Assembly: GCA_963850305.1 (NCBI GenBank)
Contig: CAWKKR010000008.1
Coordinates: 480,001 to 544,000 of the forward strand
Length of the DNA stretch: 64,000 nt
Source: an uncultured delta proteobacterium
GTDB lineage: Bacteria > Myxococcota_A > Polyangia > Polyangiales > Polyangiaceae
Direction of reading: 5' to 3'
In this document: in pieces, positions 8,910-17,483 of the stretch
Layout: the number at the start of each line of letters is the position of its first letter
How positions within the stretch are numbered: the first letter of the stretch is position 1
Notes under the pieces: generated by a model
Seen by the model: the letters and a program-made list of their open reading frames with translations, nothing else
Database searches by the model: none
What the model was told of the DNA's origin: nothing
Translations under genes and position numbers: made by a program

Positions 8910-10397
8910 TCAGTCCGCCGCGCGATACCGGAGCTGAGGCTTGCGCGCCGCCCGGGCCTCGTCGAGGCGCCCAACGCGCGTGTCGTGCGGCGCTTGTTTG
9001 ACGAGATCGGGCGTCACGTCTGCCTCTCGGCGGATGGCGACCATCGCCTCCACGAACGCGTCGATCGTTTGCTTCGTTTCCGTCTCGGTGGGTTCGATCA
9101 TGAGCGCCCCACGCACGACGAGTGGAAAATACACCGTCGGCGGATGAAAGCCGTAATCGATGAGGCGCTTCGCGATATCGAGCGTCTTCACTCCCGTCGT
9201 CGCTTCCACCTCCCGATCCGTGAACACCGCTTCGTGCATGGGAGGCTCGTCGAAGGCTAGCGGGTAGTGATCTCGGAGACGCACCGCCAGGTAGTTCGCG
9301 TTCAGCACGGCCATGTCCGTGACGTCCCGAAGACCGTCGGGCCCGAGTTCCCTGATGTACGCGTACGCACGCACCATCATCCCGAAGTTGCCGAAGAACG
9401 ATCGAACTTTGCCGACGCTGTTCGGCAGATCGTAGTCGACGATGAATCGGCCATTTTCAGCTCGAACGACCGGAATCGGCTGAAAAGGGGCCAGGTGGTT
9501 CTTGAACGCCACGGGGCCCGAACCCGGACCACCACCGCCATGCGGCGTCGTGAAGGTCTTGTGGAGGTTGTACTGGATGACGTCCAAGCCGGCGTCCCCT
9601 GGACGTGCGCGCCCGAGCACGGCGTTCATGTTCGCTCCGTCGCCGTAAACAAGGCCGCCGCGCTCGTGGACGATCCGGCAAAGCTTCGGGATCGAGCGCT
9701 CATAAAAGCCGATCGTGTTCGGATTCGTGATCATCAGCGCGGCGATCTCGCCCTGGGAGCGCTCGATCGCAGCCACGAGATCCGCTGGATCGACGATCCC
9801 GTTTCTCGCGGGCACGGCGACGGTCTCGAACCCGTTGAGGGAGCAACTCGCCGGGTTCGTCCCATGCGCGCTGTCCGGGATGAGCACTTTGCGCGGCGAA
9901 CGCCCGCGCGCCTCGTGGTAGGCGCGGATCATCATGAGCCCGGTGAGCTCACCCTGCGCTCCCGCCGCGGGCTGCAGGTTCGCGGCATCCATGCCCGCGA
10001 TCTCGGCGAGCATGGCTGCGAGCTCCACCATGAGCTCGAGCGCGCCTTGTGCGAGATGCGCGGGTGCGAGGGGATGAAGGCCGGCGAACCCCTGCAGACG
10101 GGCCGCCCATTCGTTCACCTTCGGATTGTATTTCATCGTGCAGGAGCCGAGCGGATAGAACTGCGTGTCGATGCAGAAGTTCCACTGACTCAGTCGCACG
10201 AAGTGCCGGAACGCTTCGGGCTCGCTCACCTCCGGCAACGCCGCCGGATGAGATCGGGCGAGGTTGCCAAACGTAGTTGCGACATCGACGGAAGGGACGT
10301 CGAGCTTCGGGAGTGACGCGCCACTCCGGCCCGGAGTCCCGCGTTCGAAGATGCTGGGCTCGACAAATTGAATACCGCGCGTGGCCTCGGAAGGCAT
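8910..10397 (-). CDS. gcvPB: Glycine dehydrogenase (decarboxylating) subunit 2
   Basis: YPLGSCTMKYNPK, QPAAGAQGE, NLHKTFTTPHGGGGPG (PLP Lys), IEPTETE. ATG overlaps the upstream stop (TGATG). Confidence 0.93.
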   Translation of the reverse strand: MPSEATRGIQFVEPSIFERGTPGRSGASLPKLDVPSVDVATTFGNLARSHPAALPEVSEPEAFRHFVRLSQWNFCIDTQFYPLGSCTMKYNPKVNEWAARLQGFAGLHPLAPAHLAQGALELMVELAAMLAEIAGMDAANLQPAAGAQGELTGLMMIRAYHEARGRSPRKVLIPDSAHGTNPASCSLNGFETVAVPARNGIVDPADLVAAIERSQGEIAALMITNPNTIGFYERSIPKLCRIVHERGGLVYGDGANMNAVLGRARPGDAGLDVIQYNLHKTFTTPHGGGGPGSGPVAFKNHLAPFQPIPVVRAENGRFIVDYDLPNSVGKVRSFFGNFGMMVRAYAYIRELGPDGLRDVTDMAVLNANYLAVRLRDHYPLAFDEPPMHEAVFTDREVEATTGVKTLDIAKRLIDYGFHPPTVYFPLVVRGALMIEPTETETKQTIDAFVEAMVAIRREADVTPDLVKQAPHDTRVGRLDEARAARKPQLRYRAAD

Positions 10398-10990
10398 CAG
10401 TTCCAACCGTCGCCGCTGGAACTGCTGTCGCTGTCTCCTTCTCCAGGCTTCTTCTTCTTTTGGTCCCACCCGCCTCCCTGAATCGACTGCGTCTCGTCGG
10501 GAACGACAGAGTCCGGATCCGGCTTCATGTTGCGCTGCTTGATCGCATCCCAGGAGACCCCGGTCTGCTCTTGGCCGAGGCCCCATTGGCCATGGATCTC
10601 GTCGAGCACATTTTTCCCAGCGGGGTGGACATAGACGAAATAACCCCGGCCGCTCGTCGTCGCAGACGGACCGACCATGCCGATCCTCGTTTCCTTCCAC
10701 TCGTAGCTGAAGAGATTCCCGGTGACCTCACCGTGCAGCTCGCCCCACTTCTCCCCCGCGGCCGTTCGCCACTTACCGCTGATGGTGGTCCCGTTCTTTA
10801 TGATGTGCAGATATCCGTACGTCGGACTGTAGAAGACGCCGGTCCAATCCCCGCCTTCCGGCATGTCGCCGGCCTTGGGGATCGACTGAGCCGCGGAGTT
10901 AGCTGCGCCGCCGCAAGCGGCCACAGTGAAAAGCGGTGCGGAGAGCGCCGCGATGATACCGAAACGAACCATGCCGCGAGAGACGACCAT
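10397..10990 (-). CDS. Lipoprotein of unknown function
   Basis: Lipobox VAAC-GG, beta-rich body, coupled to gcvPB. Confidence 0.7.
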   Translation of the reverse strand: MVVSRGMVRFGIIAALSAPLFTVAACGGAANSAAQSIPKAGDMPEGGDWTGVFYSPTYGYLHIIKNGTTISGKWRTAAGEKWGELHGEVTGNLFSYEWKETRIGMVGPSATTSGRGYFVYVHPAGKNVLDEIHGQWGLGQEQTGVSWDAIKQRNMKPDPDSVVPDETQSIQGGGWDQKKKKPGEGDSDSSSSGDGWN

Positions 10991-11003
10991 GGCTCGCACC
11001 TTA

Positions 11004-12011
11004 TCACGGGTTTCGGGCTCGGATCCGGTCGATCGCGGCGTCCGGAAGGTGGATGTCGAGGTCCAGCAGAATGATCTCGGACGCCTCGAACGTCGCACCG
11101 ATCTTCGTCGCACATTTCGGCGTGGTGAGCCACACATCGACGCTTCCGCAGCGCCGCCGAGAACCCACTGGGCGCGCGTGATCCGGGAAAAGTCGCACGT
11201 CGATCGGTCGAACCCCGTGCGCTGCGAGAGAGCACAGGATGCGATCCGGGCGCGCGACCGCCACGACGAGCCCCACGCGTCGAGACGCGAGGTCCGAAAA
11301 GGACACGAGCGTGCGATCGCGCCGACGAGCGACCAGGTCCGTTGTCGCGGGGAATACGGGTGGCACCCGTAGCGCGCCGGGCAGAGTCAGGGGTTTTCCG
11401 GACATGCCCTGGGTCGAAACCGCAATGATCACGTCCGCAGCCCGAACGAGCCGGTCCTTTTCTGCGCGCAGATCGCCAGCTGGCGGACAATTGCCAGCGC
11501 CCCAGGGCGCCACGGCGTCCATCGCGAGGATCGACAATCCGAGACGCTCGGGACGTGCCTGAAGAAGTCCGTCGACGAGCACCAGCGGGGCTGCTTTTGC
11601 CGCCAGCGCGATGGTCGCGGACCGGTTGCCTCCGACGAAGACGTCTACCCGCCATGGTCCAAGATCGCGGGCGAGGCAGAGCGCATCATCCCCAACTCGA
11701 CGAACGTCGTCCGTCGCTTCGACGCGTCTCGCGGATGACGCACGCACGGCATATCCATGCGCGACCACCGCAACGCGGTCCCCGCGTGACGCAAGCTTCC
11801 TTGCGATGGCCAGCACGAGCGGAGTCTTGTACGAGCCACCGAGCGTCGCGCCTCCGACGCCGACGACGCGCGCGTCCTCGGGGAGGCAAACCCGGCGCGC
11901 CACGACTGCACTTCGAGCCCAGACCTTCGATAACCCGAGCGCCGCGGGAAAAGGGCTCATGCCACGCTCGAGCGCACGAGCCGCGACGCCGCCGAGCGCA
12001 GTTCGGATCAC
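11004..12011 (-). CDS. lpxK: Tetraacyldisaccharide 4'-kinase
   Basis: VGVGGATLGGSYKTP (variant P-loop), HGY, VGDD, TTPKCATK. GTG start overlaps the hemC stop. Confidence 0.75.
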   Translation of the reverse strand: MIRTALGGVAARALERGMSPFPAALGLSKVWARSAVVARRVCLPEDARVVGVGGATLGGSYKTPLVLAIARKLASRGDRVAVVAHGYAVRASSARRVEATDDVRRVGDDALCLARDLGPWRVDVFVGGNRSATIALAAKAAPLVLVDGLLQARPERLGLSILAMDAVAPWGAGNCPPAGDLRAEKDRLVRAADVIIAVSTQGMSGKPLTLPGALRVPPVFPATTDLVARRRDRTLVSFSDLASRRVGLVVAVARPDRILCSLAAHGVRPIDVRLFPDHARPVGSRRRCGSVDVWLTTPKCATKIGATFEASEIILLDLDIHLPDAAIDRIRARNP

Positions 12012-12907
12012 GCGGCCTTGAGCTCGCGTCCGAGCGCGACGCCGAGTTCGAACGCTGTCCCCTCGGAGCTGGGCCACCGGGTTCTCGACTCGCGGAAGCG
12101 AGCCCGGCTTCCGTCGGGATCGGCCAGCATCGCGCGAAGCCAGATTTCGTCAGCCTGTCTAACTGCATATGCCGCCACGGGAACCTGGCAGCTACCCTCG
12201 ACGACTTTCATCACGCCCCGCTCCGCCATCACGGCGAGCGTCGTGTCGGAATCACCGAGACGCTCGAGAAGCGCCGCGACGCGAGCATCCGCCCCCCGGC
12301 GCTCGACGGCCAGCGCTCCCTGGCCAATCGCCGGCAGGCATCGCGAGGGATCGAGGATCTCCGTGGCTCTGGCGCCCAGACCCAGCCGACGGAGGCCGGC
12401 GCCAGCGAGCGCGAGCGCGTCCACGACCCCCTCCTCGCACTTTCGAAGCCTCGTGTCGACGTTGCCTCGAATCGGGACGTATTCGAGGTCCGATCGCCAC
12501 GCGCGCAGCATCGAGATGCGCCGCAGCGACGAAGTTCCGACTTTGCTCCCGGACCGGAGTTCCTCGAACCGACATCCTTCGCGGGTCACGATGACGTCGC
12601 GAGGGTCCTCGCGTGCTGGGATGCATCCGACGACGAGCCCCGCCGCGAGATCCGCTGGCACGTCCTTCATCGAGTGGATCGCGACATCCGCGCGCCCCTC
12701 GACGAGCGCTTCCTCGATCTCCTTGATGAAGACGCCCTTCCCGCCGATCTGCGAGAGCGCGACGTCCTGAATACGATCGCCCGTCGTCGTGACGTGCAGT
12801 TCTTCCGTCAGGACGCCGGTGAGTCGCGTGAAGTCGCGCATGAAGGTCCTTGCCTGCGCGAGGGCGAGCTGGCTCTTGCGAGTCGCAACGATGACAGAAC
12901 GTGTCAC
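12008..12907 (-). CDS. hemC: Hydroxymethylbilane synthase (porphobilinogen deaminase)
   Basis: ATRKSQLALAQ, GKGVFIKEIE, HSMKDVP, GTSSLRR, RGNVDTRL, EGSCQVP. Confidence 0.96.
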   Translation of the reverse strand: MTRSVIVATRKSQLALAQARTFMRDFTRLTGVLTEELHVTTTGDRIQDVALSQIGGKGVFIKEIEEALVEGRADVAIHSMKDVPADLAAGLVVGCIPAREDPRDVIVTREGCRFEELRSGSKVGTSSLRRISMLRAWRSDLEYVPIRGNVDTRLRKCEEGVVDALALAGAGLRRLGLGARATEILDPSRCLPAIGQGALAVERRGADARVAALLERLGDSDTTLAVMAERGVMKVVEGSCQVPVAAYAVRQADEIWLRAMLADPDGSRARFRESRTRWPSSEGTAFELGVALGRELKAA

Positions 12908-14250
12908 GACGCCTCCCGCTCGGCACTGGCGTGCTCAGGCAAGGCCTCCTCCTCGGCCGCGTCCGCGCTCGACCCCGTTTCGAGCGCGAAGAGCTCGTTC
13001 AGCGTCACGAGCGCCTGCTCCAGGTCCGCGCGAGAAGCCGGATCCGTCGCGAGGCGCCGCAATCGCTGCGTGGTCGGATGAAGCATCTTGTTCAGCGCGG
13101 CTTCTACCATGACCTGAAGTGCGTCCCGATCCGGAGGGGCGAGGTGCTTCAGCTTGCCCGCGAGGCTTCGCTCCACTTCGCCCTGGAGAATGTCCCGGAG
13201 TCGCTCACGGAGCTGCACGATGGTCGGCGTGACCTGCTCCCCGTCCGCCCACCGTTCGTAACTTGCAGCCTCCTCGGCAACGATCTCTTCTGCCCTGTCG
13301 GCCTCTCGACGACGGGTCACCAGGGACTCTGCGACGACCTTGGAGAGATCGTCCACGTTGTACAGAAACACGGAGTCGAGGCGACCTACGTCCGGATCTA
13401 TATCGCGCGGCACCGCGAGATCGATGAAGAACAAGCTTCGACCTCGTCGAGCGCGACGTAGTCCGTGAACGCGGTCGTGGTCCACCACGTACCCCGACGC
13501 GCTCGTCGTGGAAATCACGACGTCGGCTTCGCGCAGCGTCTCGTCCAGATCGGCAAAGGATCGAGGCGCGCCGTCCATCGCAACCGCGATCTCGCGGACG
13601 CGGTCGGCGTTTCGTCCGAGGACCAGCAGCCGCGAGCCCGCCTGTCGTAACAGCCGCGCGACGGTTTCCCCCATCTCACCGGACCCGATGAGCGCCACCG
13701 TATGTCGTGACAGGTCACCGAAAATCTGTCGCGCCAGGTCGACGGCAACGCTCGGCACGGAGACCAGTCCCGACCCGACCGTCGTTTCGGAGCGCACCCG
13801 CTTGGCGGCCTTGATCGCGCGGGGGATGACCCGGTTGAGTACGCTGCCCGCCGTGCCGATCTCGCGCGCAAGATCGTACGCGTCCTTCACCTGACCCAAG
13901 ATCTGCGGCTCCCCCACGACGAGCGAATCCAGCGACGCAGCGACCCGAAACAAATGACGAACCGCGTCGCGTCCGACGTGGTGGTAGAGGTTCCCGGAAA
14001 CCCCGGGCGCCCGGGCGATGACAGTTTCTTCCGTCGCGCGAGCGACCTCTGCGAGGTTCGATCGCGGACCGTCCATTCCGGCGGCAACGATCTCGACGCG
14101 ATTGCACGTCGAAACGACCAGCGCTTCGCCGATCGAATCGCGACCGACGAGACCGCGAAGCAGCTCCGGGACGTGCTCCGCGGGCAGCGCCAGGCGCTCC
14201 CGAACTTCGATCGGCGCGGTGCGATGCGAGAGCCCTACGACGACGATCAA
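12904..14250 (-). CDS. hemA: Glutamyl-tRNA reductase
   Basis: GLSHRTAP, STCNRVE, SLVVGEPQILGQVK, DLAVPRDI. TTG start overlaps the upstream stop. Confidence 0.96.
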   Translation of the reverse strand: MIVVVGLSHRTAPIEVRERLALPAEHVPELLRGLVGRDSIGEALVVSTCNRVEIVAAGMDGPRSNLAEVARATEETVIARAPGVSGNLYHHVGRDAVRHLFRVAASLDSLVVGEPQILGQVKDAYDLAREIGTAGSVLNRVIPRAIKAAKRVRSETTVGSGLVSVPSVAVDLARQIFGDLSRHTVALIGSGEMGETVARLLRQAGSRLLVLGRNADRVREIAVAMDGAPRSFADLDETLREADVVISTTSASGYVVDHDRVHGLRRARRGRSLFFIDLAVPRDIDPDVGRLDSVFLYNVDDLSKVVAESLVTRRREADRAEEIVAEEAASYERWADGEQVTPTIVQLRERLRDILQGEVERSLAGKLKHLAPPDRDALQVMVEAALNKMLHPTTQRLRRLATDPASRADLEQALVTLNELFALETGSSADAAEEEALPEHASAEREAS

Positions 14251-15065
14251 AGGCCGCCCCGCGAGCCGGAATGCGCGACGTAGATCCCGACGACGAGCAG
14301 CACGCAGGCGACGCCCGCGAGCGTTCCATAAGCCGCACGACGGCCGCGCCATCCCGCCACGGCGCGGAGCACGAGCACCGCAGCGACCAGGAACCAGGTC
14401 GTATAACCCAGCGCCGTGCGGGCGAGACTCGCCGCGGTCTGGACGTCGAGGCGAGCCGCGAAGACCGCCCCGCTCACGATACCGAACGTGAGGAGCGGGA
14501 ATCCCGCGAGCAAGAGTCGGTGTAGGGTGAGATCGAGCGCATCGAGCGGCGGCAGCTTGCCCTGAAGCGAGGTGACCCTCTTGGCCTTGAGCCGCCGCTC
14601 CTGGAAGAGATAGAAGGCGCCAGCCGCGCCGGCGAGAAGAAACAAGCCGACCCCGAGCACGTTGGCCGCAATGTGCATCATGAGCAGGGTCGCCGGGAAG
14701 TCGGTCACGGGTGCGCTCGCCCGGAGAAACTGTGCCCCGACGAGCACGGCGAGCGCTAGCGGGGCGACCACGACGCCGATCGCGTCGATGCGAGTCCGAC
14801 GGCGGAGCGCGAGGTAGGCGATGGAAAGCGAGGCCGCACAGAGCGACAAGCCGAAGCGAAGCGACCGTGCTGTCGTCTCGCCGGTGGCGAGAGTCGAGAC
14901 CATGTGTGCAATCTGAAACAGAACGCCGGTCGAGAGCGCGAGCGAACCCCAGCGCGCGGCCGGAAACGACCGGTCGGGGCGAGCTATCTCGACGAAGAAC
15001 AGCGTAGCGGCTGCTGAATACGCGACCACCCCGACGTAGAAGACGATGTCTACGACGAATGCCAA
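14247..15065 (-). CDS. Cytochrome c assembly (CcsA/HemX-like) membrane protein
   Basis: About 8 TM helices, QERRLK..LPPLDALD, GFPLLT; directly upstream of hemA. Confidence 0.8.
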   Translation of the reverse strand: MAFVVDIVFYVGVVAYSAAATLFFVEIARPDRSFPAARWGSLALSTGVLFQIAHMVSTLATGETTARSLRFGLSLCAASLSIAYLALRRRTRIDAIGVVVAPLALAVLVGAQFLRASAPVTDFPATLLMMHIAANVLGVGLFLLAGAAGAFYLFQERRLKAKRVTSLQGKLPPLDALDLTLHRLLLAGFPLLTFGIVSGAVFAARLDVQTAASLARTALGYTTWFLVAAVLVLRAVAGWRGRRAAYGTLAGVACVLLVVGIYVAHSGSRGGL

Positions 15066-15066
15066 A

Positions 15067-15477
15067 TCAGAGCCTCTCGATCAGGTAGCGAGCGAGCAAC
15101 TCTTCGTCGCTCTGCTTTTCGGATAGCTTCGTGAGCAGACCCAGAAGCGCGGCGGTCGCGACACGACCGCCGGGGCGCCCGACGGGCGACAGCAAGTACC
15201 CGGGGATCACATCATACGCAAGCTCCCCGATGACCATCGACCGATGGAGGACCTCCGCGCCGAGCGCTGCGAGAACCGAGAGCGGTTGCACGGCTCCGAG
15301 GAGGCCGTGAGTGTCCCCCGACCCGCTCACCTCCGCGACGACATGCGCAGCTTCCTCGACCAGGAACCGCGCCGCATCGTCCGTCACACGCAGCTCGCGA
15401 CCGTCGAACTCGACGCGCCCGGCAGCGATCCAGCGATCGAGGAGCGCGCCGCTCATGAACACGCGGTTCGGTGACAT
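15067..15477 (-). CDS. Hypothetical protein
   Basis: Coherent ORF in the operon, ending SDEELLARYLIERL. Start uncertain (15477 or 15546). Confidence 0.65.
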   Translation of the reverse strand: MSPNRVFMSGALLDRWIAAGRVEFDGRELRVTDDAARFLVEEAAHVVAEVSGSGDTHGLLGAVQPLSVLAALGAEVLHRSMVIGELAYDVIPGYLLSPVGRPGGRVATAALLGLLTKLSEKQSDEELLARYLIERL

Positions 15478-15538
15478 CGGAACGGAATGGTAGCGCGAGA
15501 CATGGGACACCGGGATCTCGGGGTGCACTTCCGGGCCG

Positions 15539-17032
15539 TCAGGCAAGGGACCGGGCGATTTGCTCGGCGTTTCGCTCGGCGAGTGCCATGACGGTGAGGT
15601 ACGGGTTCACGTGGCTGCTCGTGGGAAACAGCGACGCGTCGGCGACCACCATTCCGGGGTACCCATGCACGCGACCCCACGCGTCGGTGACGCTCGTCTC
15701 CGGATCGGCGCCCATGCGGCACCCGCCCATGGGGTGCGCGCTGCTCAACACGACCTTGCCGCTCAGGAGGGCACCGGGATGTATCGCGGCTTCGAGCTCG
15801 GTCGGGCGCGTGACGGAAAAGCGATCGCTCACGAGCGAAACGTACTCCTCCGCTCCGGCGGCAAAATAAATGCGGCCGACCTCGCGCTGGGAATGAACGA
15901 TCGCCTCCTTCGATTTCGCGTTGACGCGATAATCCAGGATGGCCCTCCCCCCTTCGAGCCGAATCGCGTTCCGTTCCTCGGCGTCGTCGTGCACGAGCGT
16001 GATCGCGCAGGCGAGATACTGATAATCGCGCATCAGCCGCTTCAAATCCGCACCAAACCCCGGAAGCGACTTCGCCGTCACGAAAGGGAAATAGAATGCC
16101 GTCTCGACGTAGTAGTGGTGGGCGTCGCTGAAATAATCCGTGAAGTGCAGCTTCGGAAACCCTTCGAAGCCACGAACCGGTTCCTTCATCCGGCCGAACG
16201 AGGTCAGCGCGGGGTGCAGCGTGACGTACTTGCCGCAGGCAGCGCTCAAGTCATCCAGACCGGAGCGCAAGAGGAGAGCGGCCGACCCGAGGGTGCCGGC
16301 GGCGATGACGATAACCCGTGCTCGAAACTCGACTGCACCCGGCGCGTGAGCTCCGGCGCGAGACCCCTTCGGCGCGGCCGAAATGACTCCTTCGGCCCCG
16401 CCGTCCCAGACGCGCGTGACGCGGCAGTTAGGAATGAGCTCCACGCCATTGGCTACGGCTCGCGGGATCTGGACCTCTAGCGTGCCGCGCTTGGCTCCGT
16501 ACGGGCAGCCGAGATTGCAGAACCCACACCCGACGCAATCCGTGATGTTCACTCGAAATTGCTTCACCGCGAGACCGAGGCGCTCGCAACCCTCACGAAA
16601 GATCCGGTTATTCCGGTTCTCCACCTCAGGTCCGGGGAAATGCGCGTCAATCTCTTCTTCGATGTGGGGGAAGCGCGCCTGCACGTCGGCTTCGTTCAGC
16701 TCGCGGAGTCGCCCGGTTCGTGCCCACCCGGCGATGAGTCCCTCCGGAGGACGAAACGTGACGCCCGTGTAAACCGCCGTGCTGCCGCCGACGCACTCGG
16801 CGGCCGAGACGGCGATCTCGAAGTTTTTCGATGGAACGGCGCCGTTGTCCTTGAAGAGCCCGATCATGTCGGCTTCGCGCATGTTGAAGGCATCGCGCCC
16901 CCAGAAAGGGCCGGCTTCGGCGATCGCGATACGCGCGCCGGCGCCGCACAGGTGCGAAAGGCGCGCTGCAACGGTACCGCCGCCCGCGCCGGAGCCGATT
17001 ATCAGCACGTCGAGTTCGATCGGGCGCGGCAT
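15539..17032 (-). CDS. GMC-family oxidoreductase
   Basis: GSGAGG FAD motif, VGGST, CVGCGFCNLGC, SAHPMGG, NP at the C-terminus. Confidence 0.9.
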   Translation of the reverse strand: MPRPIELDVLIIGSGAGGGTVAARLSHLCGAGARIAIAEAGPFWGRDAFNMREADMIGLFKDNGAVPSKNFEIAVSAAECVGGSTAVYTGVTFRPPEGLIAGWARTGRLRELNEADVQARFPHIEEEIDAHFPGPEVENRNNRIFREGCERLGLAVKQFRVNITDCVGCGFCNLGCPYGAKRGTLEVQIPRAVANGVELIPNCRVTRVWDGGAEGVISAAPKGSRAGAHAPGAVEFRARVIVIAAGTLGSAALLLRSGLDDLSAACGKYVTLHPALTSFGRMKEPVRGFEGFPKLHFTDYFSDAHHYYVETAFYFPFVTAKSLPGFGADLKRLMRDYQYLACAITLVHDDAEERNAIRLEGGRAILDYRVNAKSKEAIVHSQREVGRIYFAAGAEEYVSLVSDRFSVTRPTELEAAIHPGALLSGKVVLSSAHPMGGCRMGADPETSVTDAWGRVHGYPGMVVADASLFPTSSHVNPYLTVMALAERNAEQIARSLA

Positions 17033-17037
17033 GACGG

Positions 17038-17475
17038 TCAGTCGTCTCCACGACGCAGGCGATAATACGGCGCGTCGAGACGTGGCCCCGGATAGCCGAG
17101 CTCCCGCCAGGTGTCGTCGAGCGCGTAGTAACCGAGCAGAGCGAACGTCTTCAATCCGAAGAACCCTTGCCTGAATCTGACGAAGAGTCGCGTGGTCTCG
17201 AGGAACCGGAGAACCGCCTCTTGCTGCTCGCGTCCCAGCCTGGAAAATCCGCGTCCGTAGCGAAAACGTGGCAGGATCTCGACGGCAGCGAGAAACGTGG
17301 CGAGGAGTTTACGATCGCGTTCGGGGCGGGCAGCAAGGGCCCGATCCGCGATCTGGATCGCACGCTCGTCGTCCGCACCCGGCGAATCTGGCTCCGCGGG
17401 GACGATGCATGCGGCCGCGGCGCGAAACGTCCGCGCCGTAGCGGGGGTGAAGAAGCGGTACTCCGTGCCGGTCAT
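17038..17475 (-). CDS. Gluconate 2-dehydrogenase subunit 3-like partner of the GMC oxidoreductase
   Basis: Small helical protein ending GYY...WRELGYPGP, immediately upstream of the GMC gene. Confidence 0.7.
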   Translation of the reverse strand: MTGTEYRFFTPATARTFRAAAACIVPAEPDSPGADDERAIQIADRALAARPERDRKLLATFLAAVEILPRFRYGRGFSRLGREQQEAVLRFLETTRLFVRFRQGFFGLKTFALLGYYALDDTWRELGYPGPRLDAPYYRLRRGDD

Positions 17476-17483
17476 CGCGAGAG

